Of a stretch of 64,000 nt of DNA, positions 49,315 to 62,260 are shown piece after piece. The notes under the pieces were generated by a model that made no database searches, had not been told where the DNA came from, and saw only the letters and a program-made list of their open reading frames with translations. The stretch covers positions 10,871,231 through 10,935,230 of the forward strand of contig MU054187.1 in NCBI GenBank assembly GCA_013239625.1. The letters run 5' to 3'. The DNA is from Lama guanicoe. Taxonomy: Eukaryota. A program made the translations under genes and the position numbers. Each line of letters starts with the position of its first letter. Positions within the stretch are counted from its first letter, which is position 1.

Positions 49315-50978
49315 CTTATTGAATATACTTCCCTGGGCTATACAGTAGGACCTTGTTTATCTGTTTTATATATAGTAGTTAGTATCTACAAATCCCAAAC
49401 TCCTAATTGATCCTTTCCCACCACCCTGGAAACCATAGCCATAAGTTTGTTTTCTGTCTCTGTTTTGTAAATAAGTTCATTTGTGGGTTTTTTTTTTAAT
49501 TCTACACACAAATGATATCATATGGTATTTTTTTTTCTCTTTCTGGCCTAATTCACTTAGTATGATACTCTCCAGGTCCATCCGTTGCTGCAATGGCATT
49601 ATGTTATTCTTTTTTATACAGTAGTATTCCATTGTGTATGTGCTACAACTTCTTTATCCAGTCATCTGTTGATGGACACTTAGTCTTGGCTGTTGTAAAT
49701 CGTGTTGCTCTGAACATTGGGGTGCATGTAACTTTTCAAATTAAGAGTTTCCTCTGGATAAATGCCCAGGAGTGAGATTGCTAGATCATAGGATAAGTGT
49801 ACTTTCAGATTCTCCGTACTGTTTTCCATAATGGCTTCACCAAATTACATTCCCACCAACAGTGAAGGAGGGTTCCCTTTTCTTCACACCCTCTCTAGCA
49901 TTTATCATTTGTAAACTTTTTAATGATAGCCATTCTGACTGATCTGAGTTGATACCTCATTGTAGTTTTGATTTGCTTTTCTTTGATAACTAGCCTGAGC
50001 ATTTTTTAATGAGCCTATTGGCCCTGGAATGTATGTCTCTGGAAAAATGTCTGTTTAGGTCTTCTGTCCATTTTCGGATTGAGTTGTTTGTTTTTCGTTA
50101 TTGAGTTGTATAAGCTGTTTGTATATTCTGGAAATTGAGCCCTTGTCAGTTGCATCATTTGCAAATATTTTTTCCTGTTCTGTAGGTTGTCTTTTTGTTT
50201 TGCTTACGGTTTCTTTTGCTATGCAAAAGCTTATAAGTTTAATTAGGTCCTATTTGTTTATTTTTGCTTTTATTTCTGTTGCCTCAGGAGACTGCCCTAG
50301 GAGAACATTGCTACAATTTATATCAGTGTTTTGCTTATATTCTCTTCTAGGAGATTTATATTGTCTTGTCTTATGTTTAAGTCTTTGAGCCATTTTGAGT
50401 TTATTTTTGTGTGTGGTGTGAGGGAGTATTCTAACTTCATTCATTTACATGCAGCTCTGCAGCTTTCCCAGCACCACTTGCTGAAGAGACTGTCTTTTCT
50501 TCATTGTATATTCTTGCCTCCTTTGTTGAAGGTTAATTGCCCATGGTGTGTGGGTTTATTTCTGGGTCTCTATTCTGATCCATTGATTTATATGTCTGTT
50601 TTTGTGCCTTTGCCATGCTGTTTTGATTACTGTAGCTCTGTAGTATTGTCTGAAGTCTGGGAGGGTTATGCCTCCAGCTTCATTATTTTTCTTCAGTATT
50701 ACTTTGGCAGTTCTGGGTCTTTCGTGATTTCATATAATTTTTAGGATTATTTATTCTAGTTCTGTGAAAAATGTCCTGGGTAATTTGATAGGGATTACAT
50801 TAAATCTGTAGATTGCAATGTTTTGTGGTTCTTTGTGTATAAGTCTTTCATATCCTTGGTCAGGTTTATTCCTAAGTTTTTTTTTTGATGCAGTTTTAAA
50901 AGGGATTTTTTTTTAAACTTTCCTTTTCTGATGTTTCACTGTTAGTGTAAAGGAATGCAACAGATTTCTATGTGTTAG
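49315..50978 (-). mobile_element. Artiodactyl-type L1 3' fragment
   Basis: 3' UTR ccctgggctatacagtaggaccttg...atcccaaactcc plus ORF2 tail (GQSPEATEIKAKINK on -). Confidence 0.9.
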
Positions 50979-53900
50979 ACTATATCTTTAACTATGAATT
51001 TTGATATTTTGACTTTCTACCTGTTTCTTGCTAATACTGTTTCTGCCTACAAACAACCCTTCTTTCATGAAAACTGTATGTTTCATCATTTTCACAACTT
51101 GACATTTTAAATGTTTTCAATAAAACATCTCCAAATTCTTTTTCATACCCAAGTATAATTTTATGATAAGTAAATTGTTGCACATATTTTAGAAAGTTTG
51201 TAATTCTATGTGTAGTAATTTAAATAGCTGGTCAAAGGAGAAATGTTGAATGAATAGGCTAATGAACAAGCTGCAATTTTTTCTTGCATTATATACCTAG
51301 CATGGAAAAATAGAAACACAGCCAGCATTTATGGAATTAAGACTAAACATATTTCAACTTGTACTCTTGCAAAGTAAAAATGGAAAGAAATTAATGTTCA
51401 TTATTATCTCACCAAATAGAATAATAAATTATGGTGGATTTTGTCTCTTGAAAGATACTGCTGACAAATTGCTGGCAGCTAACTGTAGTAGTGAGTTGTC
51501 TGTTAAAGAAGAGCAATTAGTGCACATGTTGCTCAGCCCTAAAGGTTTTCGCCATTTCCTTTTCCTTCTAGCCTGTAGAATTTTGCTTGACTTTGATCAC
51601 CCACAGATCTAAGATGCCAGTGAACTACTTAAAACCAAGTACTATAGTAGGAAGGTATCTCACCACATTTTGGAACCTAGTGGGATTTTTCCTTTTGACA
51701 TTTCAGGTCTGATGATTTTTGACACACTGACAGTAGAAATATTTGCCCAAACCTATGCAAATATTATTTTTTAAAACTTCTATGAATTTTTTAAATATAG
51801 CTTCTAAATGTCACAGTTGCATTGGAAGAAATGGCCTGAGATGATAAAGTATGATGTAATGAGTGGTAAAACATTGATTGTAATTTTTGTAATTAATCAG
51901 TGTCACTACATAATTTCACTGTGTCTCCATTAATAAAGTTATGAAATTATTTCTCAGGGTCAGTTAAAATTCTGTATTTTATTTTTAAGACAGTTGAGGA
52001 AGGCAGAGTGGCCTAGTATGCATTCATGCAGAACAAGCACACTTGATTTCTAAGCAAATAACGCCCAAGAGGGTGTGTGACAATGTGCTATTAATGTCCT
52101 GAGATCCCAACTCATAATGAGTCCATTAATTCTTATAAACATGATGGGTGAAAAAGAAAATGTATGTGGACATTTTCAGTATTTTGAAGTTGTTTCTAGT
52201 TCTTTATTAAAATGATTGCCAGCTACTGCAAATGTCACTTGATTGGTATATAAATAAATATACTGAAACAGAAGAAAAGCAATATGGATGTTTGTGTAGT
52301 GAGGTAAAAACCTTGTAAATACTCTGATTATGACCTGTGCAGGGTATGTGCTAGAATGGTGTCTTTGTGTGTGAAGCACATTAAGTTAACATTCAGTCCC
52401 TTGGTGGGGATGGAAAAACATTAAGATCCCATAAGAAGATTTTCACTTACAGTTTCATCTTCTTCAGCTATAAAATCTAAATAGATTACACAAAAATGGT
52501 TAGATACCAAGTGCTTTCCTAGGGAAGCTTAAACATTTTGGGCATCCTTGCCTCTTCAGCCACATTAATCTTATCAAGATCATGTTTTTGGCCTATTATA
52601 AGAAGTGGTTACACAGAAAGTCTGAGTCTCAGGTGTGTGCTGACTCAAACTGGAAAAATAGGATATAGTCCTGCTATTATATTGACCTAACATGATGTAT
52701 ATTAGAAGAGCACTAGGGGAAAAATTATTTTAGAAACTATGTTTGAAAGGTTATTGAGTGTTGGGTCATACTGAATGTCCATCTTTTTTTAAAATATTAA
52801 AGTCTTTTTTCATCTTTTCCATGCATCATAGATTTTTAGAGAGATTTCCAAAAGTTAATAAAATATCAACAGCAGTATCAACGTTAGATCTGCAAAATAT
52901 TTCAAAACTGCAATTTGGTATAACTTCCTATTATCTATATTACAGTTAGCTTTATTTCAAATTGGTTTATCTTTAAATTATAAACATACTGTATTTATTG
53001 TAAATTTTTTGGAAAATTCAATGAAGAATATAATTTAAAATCCAAAACCATAACATGAAGGATGAATTTTCACATTTTGTTTTATTTTTTCAGTATTTTT
53101 GTGCTTGTAAATCTGCAAATCTGTCATATCATGATTTAAACTTTGGACTATAATCCAATAGCAACTTTGCATTCTGCTTTTCCTTACTTTACATAATGCC
53201 AATAGTCTGACATAAAGTTCTTTATAAACCTAATTCTAATTCCCACGTATTTTTGCATCCTTATCTGTTTTAGTATCAATTTGACCAAATATCCTCTTAT
53301 CTTTTTTAAAGTTTAAGACTTTAATTTTAGTGTCAAATCATAATACACAGTTGTTATATTTGAATTAATGTTAGAGTTTTAGGTTGGGTATTCCCAGAGA
53401 GCTGTCCCAGGCTGATGATGGCTGTGAACTGGATGATCATGAGTTGGTGACAGACGTGCTGGGATGGAGGCACTCCAGCCCTCTCATCAAATGCTTTGAG
53501 TCCCATTCTGGTGCAAGTAGCCCATTCCAGGTCCTGCTGTATGTTGTACAAATATTATTTTCTATGTTTTCATGTGGAAAGGGCTGGGAAACACAGATTT
53601 GGGGCTTAGAAGTAATGCTTTGGAGATTACTGTGCACAAAATCATCATCTGTCTCGGTGTTTTTCTTAGGCTGGATTCCTTAAAGGGTCAAAGAGTATGA
53701 ACTATTTTAAAGTTCTTGATAAGTATCAGAAAAAGTCACAAATTTGCCACTTTGACCAGGAATCTCTTAAACCCTTAATAGAATTAAGTATTCTCTTAAA
53801 ATGTGTAAATGAATAAACAAAAACTTCACAAAATTAACTTATCACACTGATAAGTGTAATATAGAATATTTTTAGTCCTTAAAGTTGAATTTCTTTGTTT

Positions 53901-54240
53901 ACTAGTAAATGGCTTTGATTACAAATGAACACATTTTACATATGCTTATTAGGCTTATGTATTTCTGTTTTTTATGAATTATTTCTTGCCATAAGCCATA
54001 TTTCTTTTGTGGTGTTTGTTTTCCTATTGACTTGTTAGTATTCATTATGCATCAAAAATAATGATGCATAATGTGCATGTGGTAAATATTTTCAGTAATT
54101 TTTCCTTTGCTTTTTAGTGTTGTTCATGATGATTTTTTAATTATACTGAAACTATACTTTTCTCTTTTGGATTTCTTTCATTTTTTCAGACATAGCTTTC
54201 CCTCCCAAATATTAGATATTTACTTAAAAGTTCTTTACAT

Positions 54241-54392
54241 GGTAGGGGACGATACAGCTCGGTGGTAGAGTGCATGCTTAGCATGCAAGAGGTCCTGGGT
54301 TCAATCCCCAGTACTGCTATTAAAAAAATAAATAAATAAACCTACCTAATTACCCCCTCAAAAAAAGAAAAAAAAAAGAGCTTTAAGAGAAA
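54241..54392 (+). mobile_element. tRNA-Ala-derived SINE (camelid Vic-1-like)
   Basis: tRNA head gggg...cagctcggtggtagag (A box), catgc-ttagcat-gca (AGC anticodon arm), ggttcaatcc (B box). Then aaataaataaacctacctaattacccc and poly(A). Imperfect flanking duplication aaaagttctttacat / aaaaatgctttatat. Confidence 0.85.
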
Positions 54393-54599
54393 AAAATGCT
54401 TTATATTTTCCCTTTAAATTCTTTTATCAATTTTGAGATTATTTTGGTGGTGGTTGTGAGGCAAGGATCTAACAATATATTCTCAAATATAATTTGTTAG
54501 TGTCATTTGTTTTTGAGAACCCATCCCTTTCTTATTGTGAATTTTTTTATCTTAATTTGTAGGTTTAATAATGTCACAACTAATATTTATTTAATACTG

Positions 54600-54800
54600 A
54601 TTTTTGCAAGATTCTTTACATTATTCCTTATTGTTTGCCAACAGATCTTAATTATTACCCAACCTATAGACGAGGAGACTTAGATTTAGGGAGATGTGAT
54701 AACTTGCCTTGGGTACCACAGTTTGTAAGCCAAAGAGCCAAGATTGTACCCACCCCAGGCAACCCAAATCCCAGGTCTGCTCACTTAACCGCTATATCAT
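54600..54800 (-). mobile_element. MIR SINE
   Basis: tatagacgaggagacttag...gataacttgccttgggtaccacagtttgtaag. Confidence 0.7.
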
Positions 54801-56339
54801 CTGGGCAGTGGCGCCTTAGCTTCTGTTGACCCATGCGCTATTTTTGTTTTAGTTATTATAGCTTTACATGTTTTCATATAAGGTGAATAAAGCCCTCTCT
54901 TTCATTCTTCATTTGCAAAATTAAGGAATTCAACCTCATACAATAAGTAGCTATTCTTTATCACAGCCCTGAGATCTGACTTCTTCCATGATTTTTTTTT
55001 TAATGTACATTTGGGATTTGGTTTTTCAAGAGAAGTTTGGTGTATCATTTGCCAGAATCCAGGAACCTACTCACCAGTTTCTGCAGATTATTTAGTTTGC
55101 ATATATAAAAAATACTTCATCTGTTGATTTTTGCAGTGTTTCTGAAACAAAGCTTAAATAATTTTCACAGGAACATTCTAAATTAGAGACGTAATTGACA
55201 TCCTTGCTTCCAGTTATTTTGTTCAGTACATTGGGACATGTTGATTCAGAAATAACGTAAGCTCCTTGGGGAAAAAGGAAGCTGAGTAATTTGTAAGTAA
55301 ATATCTCTCTATGATGTCACAACTATAAAAAGTTATTCATATTTCTTAAGAATCGCGAATCAGATGCCTGTATTTATTTTATTTAAATGTGAATTTCTGG
55401 AACTTGTCATTCCCTTTTTAAGTTTCACTGATGTGTTTTAATGTTTATTAAGAAAGTATTTGCATCCCAACAGTAAGAAAGCAGACATGTCATAAAAGGG
55501 AATTTCTAGAAGGATCACTCAAAGAAGAAATATAAAGGGTTTATTGCCTAAGGAGACAAACGTCAGATGATGTTAAAAAAAAAAAATAGCAGACATTACA
55601 CTTGGAGATCACAAAAGTTGAGAAATATCCATGTTGAGTCTGTTCTTCAAAGGGGCAAAAATATCCCAGCTTGGAGGGCAATAAAATGAGAAGAAACAGT
55701 ACTCAGACCTTGGATGTGCAGATCATTTATCTCTGCCAGGGATGCCATTTCCTTGTCTACACTGTGATCCCACCGCTTGAGACCATGTTAGTGATCAGTC
55801 TGGGGGATATCAGCAGCGCTTTGGTGGATCTGCCTCACTAGACTGCGTTTATGGTGGACCATACGATGGAGGAACACTCCTTGACTCTCATTTTGCTTGC
55901 AGTCTTTCCATGCCCAACATATCGTTTACCTCAAAATCTCTTTTCATCATTTTCTTCCTGCCAGCACCCTTCCCCTCAGCAGAAACTTCTTCCTACAGTA
56001 CACCACCACTGTTCCTCCCAGTCAGTAATCTCGGAAGCTGGGAGCTGTCCGACATCCCTCTGTCTGCTTCAACCCTGGATCAGGGCAGTCCCACACACCA
56101 TCTTAATGTCTCTGCACTACTCTGCTTTAAGTTCTTTGTCTGCATGCAAGTCCAACCCAGGAATGCCCATCTGGAGGATAGTGGACTACAAACTCTCTAG
56201 GGGGGCCAGAACTTCCTGCTTGAGGTTCACTGCTGTAGAGACTGATAAATGTAGAGAAAGGGAATTGAGTATGGCTAGCAACTCTCTTTCTCACGTTCTG
56301 TCTCCTTGAGAGCAGGGACTGTGGCTGGACCCATGAGAA

Positions 56340-56800
56340 ATGCTTTAGCTGTACCTACAGTAACCTATTTAACATTGTATAACCACTGTGTGAGGTAAGT
56401 TGGTTTATCCCCATTTTTAGATGGAGAAACTAAGTCTTAGAGAAGGTAAGTAACTACAACTCAGGGTGGAAATGTGATTGGAACCTGCCGTAGGCTGACT
56501 GTTTGTGTCCTTTCACAATTCGTGTGTTGAAACCCATTCCTTCAATCCTCCCTGTGATGCTATTTGGAGATAGGGTCTTTAAGAGGTGATTAAGTCATGA
56601 GGGTGGAGCCTCCTGAATGCGATTGGTGCCCTTATAAAAGAGACTCTGCAGGCACCTCGATCTTGGACTTACCAGCCTCCAAAGCTGAGAAATAATTTCT
56701 ACTGTACATAAACCACCCAATCAACGATGTTGTTCCAGCAACCTGAGCAGACTAAGACAGAATCCAAGTCTCATACTTCAGAGCCACAGTCCCCCTGTCT
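56340..56800 (-). mobile_element. MIR SINE split by an MLT1A LTR
   Basis: atccccatttttagatggagaaactaagtcttagaga before the LTR, gaatccaagtctc...cttcagagcc after it. Confidence 0.7.
56486..56759 (+). mobile_element. MLT1A-like solo LTR (internally deleted)
   Basis: TG...CA ends (tgccgtaggctga...gactaagaca), gtgcccttataaaagaga core, 5-bp TSD gaacc / gaatc. Confidence 0.85.
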
Positions 56801-59279
56801 GTGGCACTACTGGGATTCAAGAAATCACTTTCCCGCTTGTCTTTGGAGGCTCAGGTGCATGTACTGTGCTTTAGGGAGCACCAGCCTGAGCCCTGCTCTC
56901 CTTCAACCAGAGAAGTTCCAGTGTTACCTGACTTATACCTGAGATTTGGGTACGAGATTTATTTCAAAAATAAGAATTGCCCTGCTATAAACAAGATTCA
57001 AGAATTACTGTTCAGATCATTCAGAAATTTGAGTATTTGCCCTATTTTCTTATAGAGCATGAACATTAGCATATAGCTCTCTGTTTCTTTTGCATTATGT
57101 GACTGTTTTGTCTTTTTGTATTAAACACTTTAAAGGCACAAGGATTGAAAGAATTAGAAAAGCTATTTCTCTTACAAGGAAATTTATAAGAGATTTTGAA
57201 TGCCTTAAGATCTTGGAAAATCATGTTTGGTTTGGTCAAGTAAGACACGTTTACTTATATTAAGTAAAGGGATATTAAACTTTTTCAAGACTGATAAAAT
57301 TATATATGAGGCCACAGTTATAATTTCTTATTCTTTAAATCATTTGTGAGAATGTCTGATTAATTCAGTCCATATAGATTTAATTAAATATTTGACTGCA
57401 TCTTTGAATTACTCCTCAACTTGAGAGAGAGAAAAGAAATAAAGCCCCATAATAAATTTAATAGGTCATTAATAAATTAAAATTTTGAAAATTCACGGAG
57501 GAGTGTTTTATATTTGGTGACTGACCCTAGCCAATCTTATCACTTTCACTTTTAACAAACATTAAATTTTAACTATATCACTCCTAATCCAGATTTGTAA
57601 AACACCAAATTTCCACTTCTCTCTTTTTATGAGACTGCTTGCTTATTGTTTAAATTCTGTCTTGGGAGGCTGATTCTACAGAGTGAATTTAGTTCATGAA
57701 CTTTGGTTCAACACCACCTCTGTAACATTTTGGAAAATCTCCTCATTCCACTGTTGACTGGTTTTCTGCTGGACAAGGGAAGACTGATGCTATTTCTTAG
57801 ATGAGTGATTTTTTTCATACAGCTGTTGACATAAAAGGAAAGCAAAGAAACTTAATGAATCATCTTTTGTATATTGCAAATTCAGGCGTAACATACTCAT
57901 TTTATCTGTGGTTTTTCAGCCTTTGCTCAGCCATGATGTGCAAATGTCAAATAAATAGTCAACTTTTGATGTGTTTCCACACAGTCAGTAAAAGAGAGTG
58001 TAACAAGGCGAACTTTGTCTTTACACATCTCTGTGGCTGGGTTTCAAAAATCAATAGCATTCATATGTGCATTTCAGTTTATAACACACTCTTAACATTA
58101 TTCCAACAATCCTGGAAGTAAGTATTGTTGTTATCCCCATTTTAAAGATGTGAAAGGAAACTCAGAATAAGTTGCTCCAAATCACATAGAGTCAGAATTT
58201 CTTTAGGCATGCTCTGAATGTCCTGTAGAATTTGAGAAAATAGGTGGCAGTGTGGCTTGCAAAATCATCAGCCAAATTATTTTAACCATGTTTGATATGA
58301 GTTCAGAGGTTTCCATAATATGGATCTGTGATTATCAACATCAAGATGTTTTTGCCAGTAAGATAATAAAGTAGAAAATAGAATTTTTATCATAATGTGC
58401 CATGTTCATCTCAAGAGACTCAGCACCTAGCACAGTGCCAAGAGGAGGAGATGCTCAATTAATGCTTGTTGGATTGAATTGAAGGAGGAAAAAGCTCTCT
58501 GAGACTATTTAGGTGTTTTTTATTCATTAGCCACTTTTTCCAAAGGGCAATTACCCTAAATAGAAATAATGTACTTCAGACATAATGTTACAACTCTTTC
58601 CGCTGCACTCAAAGCTGCAGCTCTTCTGTCCTGGGTACCTCCCCGTTGGCTGGAGCCTGTTGCCTAGGCTGTGGGCTATAGTATGATATGGGTCTGAATA
58701 ATTTCCATTTTCTGGCCTTTAATCTCTTTTGAAGTTTCTCCTTTTATCTAATTAAATAACGGTACCTCCTAATGAGATGTTTGAGTGTGATGTGACATTA
58801 TTATCGTTGTAGCTATTATGTCAGTGTGACTATAAGTAATGGAGTCGTGCTCAGGTTGGCAGTGGAAACCAGGCGGTCCCAGTACCTCCACATGGTGTCC
58901 TTTCTTCTGAAACAGCCTTGGAAAGCACTCCCAGAAGCAGAATGCCTTTAAAACGATCTAATTTTAAACTCTTACCCTATGGAAAATAAAATCCTCTCCT
59001 ATTTTCAGCCTGTTTACCTATTGCTGCCTTCATTTTCTGTCCTTAGCGGAAACCTAATACTCTCCCAGACATACCTTCATCACTCATCCTTTTTTATGCA
59101 AATACTCATTATTTTCACATACCAGTCGTAAGAGGCAACACTATGTTTATCCTCCTTCTCCACTGCAACTTACTGACCAGTCATTTTCAACTCTAGATAA
59201 AAATTCTTCTTTCTCTGAGGTTCCTATGATTTGATGCAGTGTTAGCTTAGTGCTCACGTTCCTTAGTCAGTGAATACTT

Positions 59280-60420
59280 CCACACTTGGTATAAGCAACG
59301 TATCCAGCATTGCTGTCTTCAAAATGCCTTTACATTCTATTCTTCAATAGCTTCCATCCAATATGAGACATCTGTGGTCACACCCTGGACCTTATCAGAC
59401 CTAGTTCTGTTCTGTCTCTGGATTCAAACTCCAGTGTATCATCACTACAGATAACACCCTCCTTTCAGTTTTCTCACTCCCTTAGTCCCACTACTCCCCT
59501 TCTTTGACTTCTTTGAGAACGCCAGCCCCTAGCATTGCCTGCTTATTGGCTGAGACCTCAGTGGTGCACTACATCAATACCCGGTCCATTCAGCCTTCCT
59601 TTGCTACTGACGTCCAGCCTTGGGCCCATCCAGTCCATTCTCACTGTATTTTACACACAGGCTGATGAGCCTGACAGAAAGAAATCATGTAATTATGGAG
59701 ATTGTTGCAATGCAGTAGTAATGCCCCCTAATTTTATTTCCCAGTTCACCTTGACAGTCCATTCATCTCTCCTTGATCTGCTTCCAGTCTCATTTTCTGT
59801 ATCAGCTACTCCAAACCTATTCCTAGCTCCCTACTTCTCAAGACAACAAAACCAACAACAAATAAAACCAAACCAATAAACAAAACTTAGATCCATCAAG
59901 TGTGAAGTCTCTTAAGATCCCATAAACCTATCCTCTTGTAGACGAACCCCTCACCTGCGTTTTCATCCAGTCTCACAAGAAGAGGTTAGTATTATCCTAT
60001 TTATTTCAGAATAACTCTTGAGAAAATTTTTTCTTTCTTTCTAAAAACATCTGACCTCTTTCTTTGGTTCTATTCTCAATCCATCTTTTCCTGTTTTTTT
60101 CTTCAGGCTGTGGACATCCTCAAGTATCTCCTAGTAGCAAACAAATATATGAATTGTTTCATGTTTCACTCTTAGTTATTACTGCTCCTTCCCGTCATGC
60201 CCTTTACATCAAAATCCTGGAGAAACTCAGCTTCCTTTCCACTTATTAGTTCTTTAATTTACTGCAAAAGTGAATATTTATTTCTTTGTATCCAAATCCA
60301 GTGAATTACCATGACTCTTCATTGTATTTCATCTTTTTGTAGAAATTGGCATAGTTGACTACTACTTCTTTATTCTTGAAGCTCTTGCTTGCTTTGTTTT
60401 CTGAGACACCGTACTCTTCC
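59280..60420 (+). mobile_element. L2 ORF2 remnant (endonuclease end to RT start)
   Basis: ggtcacaccctggaccttatc encodes the GHTLDLI APE motif at 59376-59396. A decayed FDTVDH..LL-like RT block lies near 60345-60410. Confidence 0.65.
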
Positions 60421-60674
60421 TACATGCTGGAGTGAGGACAGTAGAGATCTCTGGACACCTCTGAGCATGTTCTGTTAATTGTGGAATATTAGAAGAAATG
60501 ACCTGGTGGACCTGATCTGGTTACCTTTGGATGGAGAACAATTATAGAAATGGCAAGGACACCAGTTAGGAGTCTTTGTAATCCTTGAGTAGGATGATGA
60601 ATTTTTGAACCTGAAGTAACAGTGGATAACAGGAGGGATTGCACGTTTTCACCTTGCATTTCCCCATGTGGCTG

Positions 60675-61255
60675 TTTTTACTTTACGTATAATTTATGTA
60701 TCATAAAATTCACCTATTTTGAATATATGGTTCAATGATTTTTAGTTAATAGCATGAGTTGTACAAGCATCATCGTATTACAGTTTTAAGACATTACCAT
60801 CACCCCCATAAGATTCCTCGTATCCTATTTACAGTTAATCTCTATTTCTACTCCCAGTCCCAGTCCACCACTGGTCTACTTTCTGTCTCTTCAGATTTGC
60901 CTATTCTGGACATTTCACGCAAATGGAATTATATAGCATGTGGTCTTTTGTGTCTGGTCTCTTTTACTTAACATAATGCATTTGAGGTTCATCTATTTTG
61001 TAATATGATCAGTTGTTCACTCTTTTTTTCACTGAAAAATAGTAATATTCCATTGCTGGATATACCACATTCTGTTTATAATTTCATGAGTTTCTAGACA
61101 TTTGAGTTGTTTCCAATATTGAACTATTATGAGTATTGCTGCTATGAAGATTCACATAGAAATCTTTCTCTAGAGACACGTTTTTATTTCTTGTGGAAGA
61201 GTCCTAGGAGTGAAATTGCTGGGTCCTATGGTAAGTTTATACTAAACTTTTAAAA
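60675..61255 (-). mobile_element. L1MB-like 3' end
   Basis: ttgcctattctggacatttca...aaatggaat...cctaggagtgaaattgctgggtc. Confidence 0.85.
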
Positions 61256-61295
61256 TTTCTTTTTTTGCAATTTTTAATGGTACAAAATTAAATCT

Positions 61296-61867
61296 GTTAA
61301 ACATAGAATTACCTTATGGCCCAATGGTTCCACTCCTAGGTATATACCCAAAATAATTGAAAACAGGCGCTCCAAGGAAAACTCCTTTATGGCCGTTCAT
61401 AGTAGCGCTATTCACAATAGCCAGAAGGTGGAAACAACCCAATGCGCATCAACTGATGAATGGACAAACAAAACAAGACACAATACAATGGAATACTATT
61501 CAGCCATAAAATTGCAAAGTTCTGATACATGCTACCACATGGAAGAACACTGAAAAGATTATGCTGAGTGAAAGAAGCCGGACACAAAAGGTCACATATT
61601 GTATGATTCCATTTATATGAAATATCCAGAAAAGGTAAATTCATAGGGACAGAAAGCAGGTTAGGAATTGCTAAGGGAGGAAAGGAGGGGAGGAAGGGGA
61701 GTCATTGCCTGATGGTTTGGGGTTTTCTTTTGGAGAGATGAAAAGTTTCTGTAATTACATTGTGGTGATGGTTGCACAACACTGTGAATGTACATAATGT
61801 CATTGACTTGTACATTTTCAAATGGTTAAAATCGTAAATGTTATGTTTATTTTACCACAATAAAAAA
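61296..61867 (+). mobile_element. L1MB-like 3' end
   Basis: ttccactcctaggtatataccca...atgctgagtgaaagaagccggacacaaaaggtcacatattg...ttttaccacaataaaaaa. Confidence 0.9.
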
Positions 61868-62039
61868 GTTAAAGCTTTGTATGATCCACAAACTGAAAAT
61901 TCTAAAATCCACATGAATAGAGTAGACTGATTTGCTTTGGTACACTGCTCCTGGAGAGTCAGAATGTCCAGGGAAATTATCTTTTCTTGGAATCAGTTAA
62001 TCATCCTCATTGTCATCATAGCTCATTAAATCTGTGTCT

Positions 62040-62260
62040 ACTCTGTTCTTACAGTGGTCTGAGGGCTTCACAGAAAATTATCTCTCATTTTCATAGTATT
62101 CCAACGAGGCAGGCATTATTAGCCCTAATTTTCAAGATTAAGAAATAGAAGCCCTAAAAAGTTAATATATCCATAGTTACAGAGTTAGTATATGTTGGAA
62201 CTGGAATTCACGAGACATTCTCTTTTGTTCTAAAGCCTATGGATTTTATACTGTATTTTG
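62040..62260 (-). mobile_element. MIR SINE
   Basis: gaggcaggcattattagccctaattttcaagattaagaaatagaagcc...gttacagagttagta. Confidence 0.65.

Noticed and set aside
50101..50744. Hydrophobic membrane-protein-like ORFs
   Set aside because: They are antisense translations of L1 ORF2.
54245..54320. tRNA-Ala gene
   Set aside because: The acceptor stem is degenerate and it is followed by a SINE tail and poly(A).
55851..56309. 152-aa + strand ORF
   Set aside because: Ser/Pro/Leu-rich with no recognisable homology or gene context, so probably a chance ORF.
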